A DNA stretch of 64,000 bases from Octopus vulgaris. Lineage: Eukaryota. Position numbers and translations under genes: made by a program. Below are positions 1 through 12,989 of the stretch, piece by piece (position 1 is the first letter of the stretch; each line of letters starts with the position of its first letter). The notes under the pieces are model-generated. The model was not told the origin of the DNA. It searched no databases and saw nothing but the letters and a program-made list of their open reading frames with translations. The stretch is from positions 14,074,001-14,138,000 of the forward strand of contig OX597819.1 in NCBI GenBank assembly GCA_951406725.2. The letters are read 5' to 3'.

Positions 1-85
1 GTCTCGATAACGAATTTTAAATTTAGCTCCTGGAAAAAGTTATGAAGTTCTTTCCTAAACTATTTCTGCAAAGTCTTTTCACATT

Positions 86-471
86 GGAAGCACTCCGTCG
101 GTTACGACGACGAGGGTTCCGGTTGATCCGATCAACGGAACAGCCTGCCCGTGAAATTAACGTGTAAGTGGCTGAGCACTCCACAGACACGTGTACCCTT
201 AACGCAGTTCTCGGGGATATTCAGCGTGACACAGAGAGTGACAAGGCCGGCCCTTTGAAATACAGGTACAACAGAAACAGGAAGTAAGAGTGAGAGAAAG
301 TTGTGGTGAAAGAGTACAGCAGGGATCACCACCATCCCCTGCCGGAGCCTCGTGGAGCTTTTTTAGGTGTTTTCGCTCAATAAACACTCACAACGCCAGG
401 TCTGGGAATCGAAACCGCGATCCTACGACCGCGAGTCAGCTGCCCTAACCACTAGGCCATTGCGCCTCCAC
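86..471 (-). mobile_element. Full-length tRNA-derived SINE
   Basis: The minus strand starts TGGAGGCGCAATGGCCTAGTGGTTAGG (A box) and has GTTTCGATTCC (B box). An 11-bp target-site duplication CTTTTCACATT lies at 75-85 and 472-482. Confidence 0.85.
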
Positions 472-1801
472 CTTTTCACATTACCCACTTCTCAAATATA
501 CTGGGATGTATGATGTAAGCGATTTTTTGTCTGTTCGATTAGCGATAACCTAAGCGTCCGTCTGTATGTATATACGTGTCTGTCTATGGCTGTGCGTGCA
601 TGTGTGTTCGCGCGCGTGGTTCTGGATCATAATCCCAAAATTACACAACTCAGGAATGGCGTAATCTCGAAAGCTCGGGCTTGTGGGTTAACCTTCCGAA
701 ATTATGGGGGTTACGTGTGTGTGTGTTTTTTTATGTCTTCGGGAAGAATTCTGTTATCGTCAGGCCTACAGCGGGATGGGATCCTCCTGGTCTAAAAGTA
801 CCCGAAGAGACGGTGTCTCTATCACTCCTTCAAGGAATTGAGGACCCAGAAGACACAAGCATGCGCGTGCCCGTACACACACACACACGCTGTATTAATG
901 TTTGTTTTTATGTCGAGTTATAAAAGCAATTTAGCATTAAACTGAAGGATTACTCAATACGTCACTTAGCGGTTCGGCAAAAGAGACCGATAGAATAAGT
1001 ACTGGGCTTACAAAGAATAAGTCCTAGGGTCGAGTTGCTCGACTAAAGGCGGTGCTCCAGCATGGCCGCAGTCAAATGACTGAAACAAGTAAAAGAGTAA
1101 AAAGGGTAATACTTTTTAGTAGAGTACATTTTTATCAAACTTTTACAAGGAGAAGCTTAACTGTGTAACGAGGGCGAGCAAGTCGAAACTTAGAAGTCAT
1201 TGTCCACCTTTTCTTCGTGGAAGTTTATACACACACCCAGGTGGATTGATCTCGACGGAAGGCAATGTGTGTGTGTGTATGTGTAATAAATTTTGCCACA
1301 AGCCTTGTCTATGTCTGCAACTGTTTGCTTGTTAACTTAACCCCTCACAAATTCGCACCACCGAAACACCGGTGTAAGTTTCTGGTTCCCAGACAGGGTC
1401 ACATACTTCTTAAGATTATCTCTCTCCCATGAAGCTGTCGTCTAAAACAATATGGCTAAAAGGTGCCTAAACTCCGAATTATTAACAAATCATGCAAGGT
1501 AGCAGGAAAATGTCAACTGGCAGCCGTTCGACCCTTAGTTTATTTTCCCGCCCCGTTTATCTAATGGCCAGCATAGGGTTCTCTGCATGTATGTGTGTAA
1601 ACTCCACTCACCCCTTCTCCACCTGCACCCACACCGCTCACACACTTCTTTTCTGCCCCTCTCCTTACACAGAAGCCCCACCCATTCTTCTCTTCGTAAC
1701 GCCCCCATCGCCCCCCCCCCCCTGGAGAACTGCATTTGCTCCAGGCCCCTAAACTTTTTTCTCTTTCTTCTTCCAGCCTTTCTGCCATTCTTGTTCCTTT
1801 C

Positions 1802-1840
1802 GTTTTCTGATGACGGTTTAATGTCCGAAACGTCAAAGAC
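1802..1840 (+). ncRNA. Minimal type I hammerhead ribozyme motif in a Penelope-type repeat remnant
   Basis: Sequence is TTTT-CTGATGA-C-GG(tttaatgt)CC-GAAA-CGTC-AAAG. The core is intact with a GUC cleavage triplet, but stem II is weak. A T-rich tail and (TA)n follow. Confidence 0.6.
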
Positions 1841-1934
1841 TGTTTTTTTTTTCTTTTTCAAACGTTTTATTTTTCTTGTATTTCTTGCTCATTCATCATA
1901 TGTATGTGTGTTTGTATGTATGCGGGTGCGTGTA

Positions 1935-1977
<43 letters not shown>

Positions 1978-3394
1978 GTATGAGTGTATATATATATGCA
2001 TACATATATACATATTCACACATGCTTGACATCTAGAGCACAATCTAAGCCCATATAAAGTCCTCTCACAGCTTACGAACCAGATTATCGCATTACCGAT
2101 TTCACCAAAGATTTTACCAAACTTTATATTCTGTTCCAAGACTAATTCCTACATTTGAAAGAGGAACTTTTCTCCGAAGCGTGTCATTAATCTATCAAAT
2201 TATTACAGCATGTGAAAGACCCGCGATTCGAACTCCCATGAAATGACTTTCTCTCTCGTTGGTGATCCTCGAGTTTAGCGCATCAGTTTCACTTAAGTCA
2301 ATGTTGATGGCATGCTCCGAGATATTGGCTCAAATCAAACAGCTCGAAATGATATAGAGCTATATGTATCTCGAAACGATCTCATACAAGGACAAAATAG
2401 TTTCGCTTCTTGCAACATCTCTCCGATTTCTTCCTCTTTTTTTTTCGTTTTTTTGGTCATCTGTGCTGTCTTTGGTTATATAGCTTTTACATATTTATTT
2501 TGTTTATTGTGAAGTTGCATTGCATTTACTTAAATCCGTCATCAAAATCCTCTCACCCCGCTGATATTTCCCACCAGTTGTACCTTTACCCTTGCACATT
2601 ACTCCTTGCATTCCCTTCTTCTCCCATCCTTAACCATCTCTTACTCTCCCCTCTGATTCCCTGTCCATATCCTCTCTTTTACTAACCTTCTCCCCTACCC
2701 TGAGTGTTTTCACCAGCAACACATCACTTCCATCTTTACCTCCTCCCCAGCTACTCCTCCTCCTCCTCAGCTACTCCTCCTCCCCCTCCTCATCCTTATG
2801 TAATGTGAGGTTGCCGTGTATCTCTTCTACAGCAAGGCATCTGTGCTTGCCCTTCCCTCATACTTCAGTCTCTCAGTACTTGGCATAAAGCTACCTCTCT
2901 CCACCACCCCTCATACCCCTCCTCCCTGCACTTGGATCATTTCCTCTTCTTTTCTGTCTTTCAACTTGGCAACCTCACCAGTGCTGGTGGCAGGAATAAA
3001 AGTGGTTGGCATTAGGAAAGGGCATCCAGCTGCAGGAAACAGGCCAAAGCTGATTCTGGACCTCAGCGCAGCCCTGCTGCTTGCCAGATCCTGTTAAACC
3101 ATTTAGCTCATGCCAGCATGGAAAACGGGTGCTAAATGATCATGACGATGATGATGATGATGATACAAGCACACACGATGTTGCAATGGGCCAGGGACTG
3201 GGGTGCAGAGAGTGCAAGCGCATCCCCTAAAATTTTTGTGGGACGCAAAATCAAAATTTGCACCCTTACTTACTTTTCGCAGGTTTACAAAACTAAGTAA
3301 AAAGCGATTTGTAAAAAGTAGCTTTAATTGGGTTTCTTCTCAAAGAACGTAAATAAACTCAAAGAGTAGAAAGATGAAGCCAGTCGCTGAGTAA

Positions 3395-3935
3395 ATTGTT
3401 TAAGGTGATCGTGGCTGCACGATGGCCACGTGCACGCACTTTGCCAGGAACTTCTCCACTGCAGCTCAAGAATTGAGACGTGCATTCTTGACGAGGCTGG
3501 TTGCAGCGAACTGCCGGAGTCTATCCGCTTTTGTCACGCCTGCCCGTCAGGCGTTGCCCTCTTCCGCCGGAGTCTATCCACTTTTGTCACGCCTGCCCGT
3601 CAGGCGTTGCCCTCTTCCGCCGGAGTCTATCCGCTTTTGTCACGCCTGCCCGTCAGGCGTTGCCCTCTTCCGCCGGAGTCTATCCGCTTTTGTCACGCCT
3701 GCCCGCCAGGCGTTGCCCTCTTCCGCCGGAGTCAGTTCTTGGGGGCTTGAGATTGTTCTCCTCTGCTTGCTTCGCTGATGTTGGTGTTTGGTCGTGTTTA
3801 GTCTGGGACCTCATCCTCGACCTTGTCGCCATGGGTGGCCCTACCAGGAGTTTAAGACTCCAGACAGCATCGCTCTTGGAATCATTGACACACACAAGCT
3901 CTTACACCACGGCAAGGGGACGACCATTGGAAGGG
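3395..3935 (-). mobile_element. RTE-clade LINE 5'-UTR-derived element (non-autonomous)
   Basis: The minus strand reads CCTTGCCGTGGTG..GCTTG..CAATGA..TGGTAGGGCCACCCATGG..CCAGACTAA and GGAAGAGGGCAAC, which resembles RTE/BovB/Expander 5' ends. There is no RT ORF. Boundaries are approximate. Confidence 0.55.
3513..3733. repeat. 53-bp minisatellite, about 4.2 copies
   Basis: Unit GCCGGAGTCTATCCGCTTTTGTCACGCCTGCCCGTCAGGCGTTGCCCTCTTCC starts at 3513, 3566, 3619, 3672 and 3725 (partial). Each unit has the hairpin ACGCCTG-n5-CAGGCGT. Confidence 0.95.
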
Positions 3936-4507
3936 TTAAATAAATAATTTTAAAAAATGACCTTATTTGTAAAAATTTTGGGGCCTGGGTTTGCACCCCC
4001 TAAACAAATTTCGTTCCCGAGCAAGTGGATATTGCTGTATTAAGGTTCATGGACACCATGAGAGGTGTGTTCAGTCGTTTTGATGTGTTTAATTCGGATC
4101 CTTATCCCCCAAATACACGTATTGATAAACCTAAGGGAAGGTGATGTTCGAAAATCAAAGATCGTGTGAAGTGTTTCTCTTTCGGTGGTGCCCCAGCCTG
4201 ACCGCAGCCGCATGGCTGAAACGAGTAAAAGAATAAAAGGATGTTTGCTAGAATTACCTTACAGGTGTGACCTGTTTCATAATAAGAACCATCTTTAAGG
4301 TCTGCTTGATAGAAAAAAAAGTACAAATGTTGCCCATGTCTGTTTTAAGTGGTGGTCCGACCTTCTTAGAAATAGCAGTCAAATATTCCTGGAATGATCA
4401 TCTATCGTCTCCTAGAAACAACAGAGTCGTGGTGGTGACGCTGGTGCCGGTGCCGCCGGTACCGCCTCCGGTATAGCCGCTGCCGCCGCCTACATACTCA
4501 GTGCGAG

Positions 4508-4920
4508 GGCGGCGAGCTGGCACAATCGTTAGCACGCCGGGCGAAATGCGTAGCCATATTTCGTCTGCCGTTACGTTCTGAGTTCAAATTCCGCCGAGGT
4601 CGACTTTGCCTTTCGTCCTTTCGGGGTCGATTAAATAAGTACCAGTTACGCACTGGTGTCGATGTAATCGACTTAATACCTATGTCTGTCCTTGTTTGTC
4701 CTCTCTGTGTTTAGCCCCTTGTGGGCAGCAAAGAAATAGTTATTTCGTCTGCCGTTACGTTCTGAGTTCAAATTCCACCGCGGTCAACTTTGCTTTTCAT
4801 CCTTTCAGGGTCGATTAAATAAGTACCAGTTACGCACTGGGGTCGATGTAATCGACTTAATCCGTTTGTCGCTCCCTGTTTGTCTCCTCTATGTTTAGCC
4901 CCCTGTGGGCAACAAAGAAA
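4508..4920 (+). mobile_element. Nin-domain-type tRNA SINE with an internally duplicated body
   Basis: Head GGCGGCGAGCTGGCA, B box GAGTTCAAATTCC and core GACTTTGCCTTTC[A/G]TCCTTTC[G/A]GGGTCGAT occur twice. The TSD-like TACATACTCAG lies at 4491 and 4923. Confidence 0.85.
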
Positions 4921-5844
4921 TATACATACTCAGCGCTTAAGGGAACAGTCAAAGGCTGTATTTTATTTCACCATTTGACAATATTTTGAATCTGGTATTT
5001 ATTCTATCGGCCTGTTTTGCCGAACCGCTAGTTTATGGGGGGGACGTGTGCGTGCGCGCGCGCGTGTGTGAAAAAGTACAAAATATACAAAAATAACAGT
5101 TGTAAGGAATGAAATGATGGGATTATTGTATTAAACGAGTTTTGCGTTATATAACACGTGGTCGGCCGACATGCTAGTAAGAGTAGCCAAATATTTTTAA
5201 ATTCACAACCTAGCTATATTAAAAAAAAAAAAACAAACAGGAGATTATATATTGGATAATGTACTCTGAATAGACGGGATCGTCACGGGTAGATTGTTTT
5301 TTATTAATATTAATATTAATCATCTGCGGAAATCATTTTCGGGTTAGAAAAATATTCAAATTTACCGCCAGTTATTGGCGGTTATCTCCCTTGGATCATT
5401 AATCGCTTCAGATCAACTTGGATTTCACTTACAGTTGGAAATCTCTGTGTGTGTGTAATCCTACATACATGCGCATGTGTGTGTGTGTGTATATTTCTTA
5501 ATTAATCACCTCACTCTATATGTATGCGCTTATGCATAATATATAAATATAACTTTGCACACACGCACACACACGCGACTATATACCGCGCACGTGTTGA
5601 TAACCTTCTTTTCTTGTTTGTACTAAATGATGTACTATTTATGTATTAATAAATTATAATAGTCCTTTCTACTTTATATGTACAAGGCCTGAAATTTTGG
5701 GGGTTGGAAATTTTGGGGTTCGATCACATCGATTTCGTTTCTCACCTGCTATTTATTTTCATTGACTTCGAAAAGGATGAAAGGCAAAGTCTACCTTGGT
5801 GGAATTTGAACTCTGAACGTAAAGAGCCGGGGGGGGGGGGGAAA

Positions 5845-6430
5845 TGGAAAGACTTCCGCCCGTCCCCACCGACTCGTTTTCTCCCAAATTTGTTTATTTT
5901 TGTAAATTTTTTTGCCAAAAATCCCCGTTTTCGGATACGGAGGTTTTGGAAAATTGCCAAAAATCGGGATTGTGAAATCCCCCCTTCCCCCAACTTCTTC
6001 AATTTTGACTTTTTTCCCCAACACTAATCCTAAAACCCTAACTCTAACCCTAACTCTAACTCTAAAACACTAACCCTAACCCTAAAACACTAACCCTAAC
6101 CCTAAAACACTAATCCTAATCCTAAAACCATAACCCTGACTCTAACCCTAAAACCCTAATCCTAAAACCGTAACCGTAATTACAGAAATGTTTTGAAATT
6201 TTTGTCCGAAAATTGATGTCCGTATTTTTCCGCATATTTTGAAAAAAAAATTGTAAAAAAAGTTTAAAATGAAGGGAAAGGGGGTGGGGTGGTAATTTAG
6301 AAATGTCGATTTATGCCAATTTTTTTGCAGATTCGTATTCCTTGTAGCCGAAAATGTGGGGTTTGTGTCAGAAAAAAAAATTTTTTTCAAAGGGTGGTTT
6401 TTTTGTGGGGGACGGGCGGAAGTCTTGCCA
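5845..6430. mobile_element. MITE with 23-bp TIRs and an internal degenerate telomeric (CCCTAA)n array, nested in a SINE
   Basis: TGGAAAGACTTCCGCCCGTCCCC (5845-5867) matches GGGGACGGGCGGAAGTCTTGCCA (6408-6430) with 1 mismatch. A CCCTAA-like array spans about 6022-6180. Confidence 0.8.
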
Positions 6431-6797
6431 AAAAAATACCACCAAGTACTGATATCAACCAGCTGATGTAACAGAAACTCGCTTGAAACTACCGAAGACT
6501 AATAATAATAATAATGGTTTCAAATTTTGCCACAAGGACAGCAATTTTGGAGGAAGAGATGAATCAATTACATCGACCCCAGCACGCAACTGGTACGTAT
6601 TTTACTAACCCCGAATGGATGAAAGGCAAAGTCAAGCTCGGCGGAATTTGAACTCAGAACATGAAGACGGGCGAAATACCTAATTCTTTGCTACCCACAA
6701 GGGGACAAACAAGGACAGACAAACGGATTAAGTTGATTAGATCGACCCCAGCACGCAACTGGTACTTATTTTACTAACCCCGAAAGGATGAAAGGCC

Positions 6798-6968
6798 AAG
6801 CTGGAGCACTGCCTTTAGTCGAGCAAATCGACCTCAGGACTTATTCTTTGTAAGCCTAGTACTTATTCTATTGGTCTCTTTTGCTGAACCGCTAAGTTAC
6901 GGGGACGTAAACACACCACTATCGGTTGTCAAGCAATGTTGGGGGGACAAACACAGACACACAAACAT

Positions 6969-7023
<55 letters not shown>

Positions 7024-7184
7024 TACGACAGGCTTCTTTCAGTTTCCATCTATGAAATCCACTCACAAGGCATTGGTTGGCCCGGGGCTATAGCAGAAGA
7101 CACTCGCCCAAGATGCCACGCAGTGTGACTGAACCCAGAACCATGTGCTTCGTTAGCAAGCTACTTACCACACAGCCACTCCTA
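6798..7184 (-). mobile_element. tRNA-derived SINE (same family as 43700-44098)
   Basis: Reverse complement of the AGGAGTGGCTGTGTGGTAAG...GGGTTCAGTC head and the GGTGCTCCAGC tail, with an internal TA/CA microsatellite. Confidence 0.8.
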
Positions 7185-8079
7185 CAGCTTGTGTGGAATT
7201 TGAGAGGAAATTGGATCAAAGCCTTCTGTCGTGTCTGAAGGACAAATATACATTGATCAATAGATAATATAGATTGATAGATAGATAGATTGATAGTGAG
7301 AGAAAGAGGGGGTAGGGTGGTGATGTGTGTAGTGAGACGTTTGCTTCCTTACCAGGTTCCAGGTTCAATCCCACTGCATGGCGCCAAAGCTTTGTGAGTG
7401 GATTTGGCAGGCTGAAATGCTGTGTAGGTGTCTTTGTGTTTATCTCACACCACCACCACCACCACTTGACAACTGTTGTTGGTTTGTTTATGTCCCCATA
7501 ACTTAGCAATTTGGTTTAAGAGACATAGAAGTAAGTACCAGGCTTCAAATAATAATAATAATAATAATAACAATGGTAACAATAATAATAATGATAGTAA
7601 TTAATAAGTACGGAGGTCAATTTATTTGACTAAACCCATCAAAGTAGTACTCCAGCATGGCAACAGTCTTTAGATGAAAAATAGATAGAAAGATACATAC
7701 ACACATAAATAGATACTCGTACACACACACATACATGCATAAATATATACATGACAATCATTCAAAGCCACAGTCTTATTATAAAAGCAATTAACACCAA
7801 ACAAGATCAATAATATATACAAATTACAAAGTAGACAACTTTTTTTTTTCTGTAATCATCGACCGACCTCATTATTTTCCTGAATTCAATTAACGTTGTT
7901 AAATTTGTGGAGTTATGAAAAAAGATTAAACTGTAAAATTATTCATTACTAGAGAGAATTTCATTTTAAGGAGACATTGATTTTTAAAAAAAGAAATTAC
8001 AATGAATGTGTGTGTGTGTGTGTATTATGTTGGCTGAATGTATGTATGTATATTAACTTTTATTATTTACCAGCAGTAA

Positions 8080-8880
8080 AGTGGTGAGCAGGCAGAAACG
8101 TTAGCACGCCAGGTGAAATGCTCAGCGGTATTTCATCTGCCGTTACATTGTGAGTTCAAATTCCGCCGATGTCGACTTTGCCTTTCATCCTTTCGGGGTC
8201 GATAAATTAAGTATCGGTTATGTGCTGGAGTCAATGTAATCGACTTAATCCCTTTGTCTGTCATTGTTTGTCCCCTCTGTGTTTAGCCCCTTGTGGGTAA
8301 TAAAGAAATAGGCATTTCATCTGTCTTTACATTCTGAGTTCAAATTCCGCCAAGGTCAACTTTGCCTTTCATCCTTTCAGGGTCGATAAATTAAGTACCA
8401 GTTATGCACTGGGGTCAATGTAATCGACTTAATCCCTTTGTCTGTCCTTGTTTGTCCCCTCTATGTTTAGCCCCTTGTGGGCAATAAAGGAATAAGAAAT
8501 GTTAGCATGCTGGGCGAAATGCTGAATGGTAGTTCATCTCTCTTTATGTTATGTGTTAAAATTAGACTTTGCCTTTTATCCTTTCGGGGTCAATAAATTA
8601 AGTATTGGGGTCGATCTAACTGACTGACCCCTTCCCCCAAAATTTCGGGCTTTGTGCCTGCCTGGAGTAGAAAAGATTATTTACCAGCAGGAAGGTGGTG
8701 AGCAAGTAGAATTGTTCTGTGCTGGAAAATATGCATAGTACCATTTCTTCCATCTTCAGAATTCTGAGTTCAAATGCTGCCAAGGTTGGCTTTGCCTTTC
8801 ACCCTTTTGGGGCTGATAAAATAAGTACCAGTTTAGTACTGGAGTCAATGTAAGAGCTTACCTCTATCTCTGAAATTGCT
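8080..8880 (+). mobile_element. Tandem array of Nin-type SINE copies
   Basis: About four successive GAGTTCAAAT../TTTGCCTTT[C/T]A[T/C]CCTTT units. Confidence 0.8.
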
Positions 8881-9363
8881 GGCCTTGTGCCAAAATTTGA
8901 CACCATTATTTACTAGCAGGACCGTGGGAATACGGCATTTTGTAAATATGTCTTCATTTGTATAAATTTCCAGATCTTCATATAATTTCTTTGAAAAAAA
9001 TCTTGATTATGTCTCCAGCGTCATTCCATAATTTTAAGGTTGTTAGTGGAAAAGAAGGAACATTCAAACTCATTTCATTATGTCTTGGATTTTGTTCCAT
9101 AGTTAAAGCTTCTCAAAACCTAACAAGAGAGGCAAAGTAATTAAGGATTTGTTAGAAAAAATGAATCATTTATTATTAGAATTTGTGCCGAAATTAAATG
9201 TTTGTTGTAGTTTACAAAACTACTTGAATAATAAACAGAAAGGAGCTCATGTAAGTTTCTTTAGTTTTTGATATATATAATCAACACTATTTAATGTCCA
9301 TGCTGGTAGGGATTGGATGGTTGAATAGGGTCCAGTTGACCAGAGGGGTTGTGTTAGTATGGT

Positions 9364-9575
9364 AGAGCTGAAAACGAGGTAATTTCTACTCTTCTCCTCT
9401 GGACGCCATCTGCTCGCGATACCAGAGGGTGCACACTCTCCTACCCTGATGTAATGTCCAGGGATACAGGCATCCAGCAAGAGGACCTCCGTAATGCTAT
9501 GATGGACCGTGAGGTCTGGCACAACATAGTAAATTCCATTGTCTCGACCACGGTCGAACAATGATGATGATGATG
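9364..9575 (+). mobile_element. RTE-clade LINE 3' end fragment
   Basis: Translates to RAENEVISTLLLWTPSARDTRG...LRNAMMDREVWHNIV...EQ*, followed by a (TGA)n tail. The DRxxW motif is typical of RTE C-termini. Confidence 0.7.
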
Positions 9576-10417
9576 GTTTCTACAACTGGATACCCTTCCA
9601 AGTGGCACCCACTTTACAGAGTGTACTGGGTGCTTTATTCATGGCACCAACATTAGTGAGGTCACCAAGCAAGCAGCTTGCAATAGGAGTGCAGTTCTGA
9701 GGGAGGTAGCTTTATATCAGGCATTGAGAGGCTAAAGTATGATAGAGGGACAGGCACGGGTGTCTTGTTGCGGAGGAGATACATGGCTACTCTTGGAGGT
9801 AAGGGAGAAAGAATGGTGGAGATGAGGTATCAGAGCATACGGTGAAGCTACAAGAATGTGAATAAAGTGGGAACGGGGACAGAGGGTTGAATGAGTAGGC
9901 ACAATCACAAGAGTGTGAAAGGAGAGTGACTGACGGTTAGAGGTGAGGGTAGAAGTGAAAGCAAATAAGTTGAAGAAGGGTGGAGGCATGGACAATGGTC
10001 GAATCCCAGTTTGGGGTAAGTTAAAGGAAAACAGGATCTCGTTTTTATGTTCAGCTGTCCCTCCTTCACTGTCTTTCATTCAGCGTTGAGAACTGGGTCT
10101 TTAGTATACAACATTTTACAAGAGATTTGCTCTGTTATGGCCCAAGGGATTGTAATAAATAGATTGGTGCCAAGAACTGAGCTGCAATGGATACCTACAT
10201 ACACACGTGGAAATTCCTTGCAGAACTCATTGTTACCAAATTCACTCACATAACGTTGGTCAACCTGGATGCTGGAATAGAAGACAGTAACCATGTGGTT
10301 TTGGTTTCAGTCCCAGGGCACAGTACTTTGGGTATCTAAGTGAACTTCTTAAACACACAACCATGCTAGTGTTTATATTTTTTCTTCTATGTATGTATGC
10401 ATGCATGTATGTGTTTG

Positions 10418-10484
<67 letters not shown>

Positions 10485-10548
10485 GTCTGTCTGTTTGTCC
10501 AGCTATCTTTCTCTCTAGCTAAATAGCTACCTAGCTATTTATCTATCT

Positions 10549-10636
<88 letters not shown>

Positions 10637-10874
10637 GAGAGAGAAATCAAGAGTACAGGAAAAAAACAACAAATGTCAATTAGACGTACAAGGTGAATAT
10701 ACTAGACTGATGTTCAGTGGAAGTTTTAGATGGAAAAACAGAAGTGGAAATGACATTTCAAGCATGGCTCTCCATCGGAAAGAGGAAAAAGTTCATTGAC
10801 GAGGAAAAGGAAGAAGGAGTAGATAGGCCGAGAAAAGCACATCTCATTTACATGGCTGAAGAAACTAAACTCTA

Positions 10875-10916
<42 letters not shown>

Positions 10917-10917
<1 letters not shown>

Positions 10918-11318
10918 TAGCAGTATCGCCCGGCGTTGCTCGGATTTGTAAGGGAAATAACTATATAAGCATTTTTAGAGATGTAAAGTATAATAGCCAT
11001 CTCAATATGGCTAACCACAAAGGGGGTGGGTGTTACTGTAGCTTTTTACTTTCTGAGATTTAATAATACATTTTTAGAGAGTTACTTCCCTTATATAAAC
11101 CGAGCGAAAATGCATTAAAAATGTGGAAAAATTATGGTAAATTTTTTTTTAAATCGTAGACTCATCGTAGACACGCGCTAATACCCAGAAGGGCTCGATA
11201 TGAATCACGACTATAAGATACCCGGTTTTGGTTACACTGCACCGCAAAATGTGGGAGTAGTTAGGAATCTAAATCGTAGGAGACAGACACCACACAACCT
11301 CTCTTTTATATATATAGA
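10917..11318 (-). mobile_element. Non-autonomous Helitron
   Basis: The minus strand has a 5' TCTATATATATAAAA end, a subterminal hairpin CCGAGCAACGCCGGG and a CTAG-3' end. It sits between A and T with no TSD. Confidence 0.85.
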
Positions 11319-12989
11319 TATGTAGAATGCATGTTTGTATCTATGTTTTTATATATGCATTATTTCTCCCACTCTCTCTCTCTCATATGCGTGTTGAGTT
11401 TTTCTATTTAGTATCAAACACCATATGATGTGATATAATTTCTTCTACCACCACCACCACCACCACTACTGCTGCTATCACGACAAATGGGTTTAACCCC
11501 TTTCAACACAACCGATTTGTAATCACCCCTTATTGTATTACACGAAAGGCTTATGTTGAAACTTAAACCTTCTGTTATGATTATAAGAAACCTTTTGCTA
11601 AGTTATGTTTATGTGCTAATTAGATTAATAATGGAAAAGTTGATTATTTTATTAAAACTTACCACATTCTCGTCATTGTTTTCCAAAATTAATTAAAATG
11701 CATGAACAGTGTGTTTCATTAAAAGTCTGATTAGGAAAGGGTTAAATATAAGTGAATGTGGCTATTGTTTGTTCTACAGGGGGAAAATGTAACAAGTGGG
11801 TGAGAATTCTAGGCCCCAGTATGAAATAAAGGTCTCTTATTGTGAGTTAGGTCCAGGTTTGTGTCCATAACCCTGTTGTTGAACAGGGATGGAATTTCTT
11901 CAAAATTAACGATCCAACCAAAACAGACCAAATGAATTTAATAATTTCATTATTCTCAATCAGTTATTAAGATAATTACTAGATTTATGCTCAAAGATAG
12001 TTTTGTTGTGACCAGCTCAACTTTTTATGTTTCTGAGGCAACATACTCCAATGTATCTTTATTTAAGATAGTAGCATGTGATTTGAAGGAGATTTGGCTG
12101 CTATTTCTATTTGGCACATAGTGATCAATAAATTCAGCCTTGATCAGGCACACCTTGATCTGACATACCTATAAACCCTTTTGGTACCAACTCACCTGAT
12201 ACTGCCTCTAGTTCTATGATAGTTGTTTAAAGTAATCTAAATCAAAACCTCTCATTAAAATTTCAAATTAATTTTGGCTCCAATCACCAGCTGAATTATA
12301 ACAAAATTATTTTACAGAATTTATCATTATTTTCAAAAATTAATTGACACCAAAGGACATCTATTTTAACAGAAATTCAGTTACAAAATGGCTAAAGGTC
12401 TCCCAGTTGTGGTCTGTACATTTTTTCAGGACTACATTATCCAACATCGTAGGATGCAGTTTGAGGAAAATTTGGATGCTATTTCTTGCAGGTTGAACAA
12501 ACACGAAGAGATTGCTCCATTAGCTTTTTGGAAGCAAGTTGTAACAAGTGGTGGCGTTGTTGCTAAACAAAACAAGGTGCTAAATTTTGGAGAGAAGTAT
12601 GTTAACAGACAGCAGAGTGTAAAAATACTTGAAATGAGGGCCTAATATCGTGAGCAGATTAGCAACAAGAACATCTGTAGGACAAGTACTATCACCTGGA
12701 GAGGTCTATAAGTGTGGAGGTCGGTGATAAATCGGCCTTCTTCAAACACTTGCTATTATCTTTCTCTCTCTTTCTTTTCTTTAAGAGCCACTAACAACTG
12801 CTGTTAGTCTTCTTGTTTCTTTCTCCAACCGAAAGACAAGTTTTAATTTACTGAGATTTGTTTTTGTATACATCATTCTGTACATCACCATCTGCCTGAC
12901 ATTGTAATGAGCTTTGTTGATGAAATTGTTTCTTTGTCCTTGTTTCACAATCAATCTGAAATATCATCATCATCGCTATCATCATTTAA

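Noticed and set aside
2030-2210. CR1-type LINE 3' remnant (KRNFSPKRVINL)
   Set aside because: Only one short degenerate motif is present, which is not enough support.
3513-3733. CRISPR-like array of palindromic repeats
   Set aside because: The units abut with no unique spacers, the context is eukaryotic and there are no cas genes. It is a minisatellite, and the overlapping ORFs (3422-3947) arise from the stop-free repeat.
6022-6180. Telomere or chromosome-fusion scar
   Set aside because: The array is short, degenerate, single-orientation and enclosed by TIRs of a mobile element.
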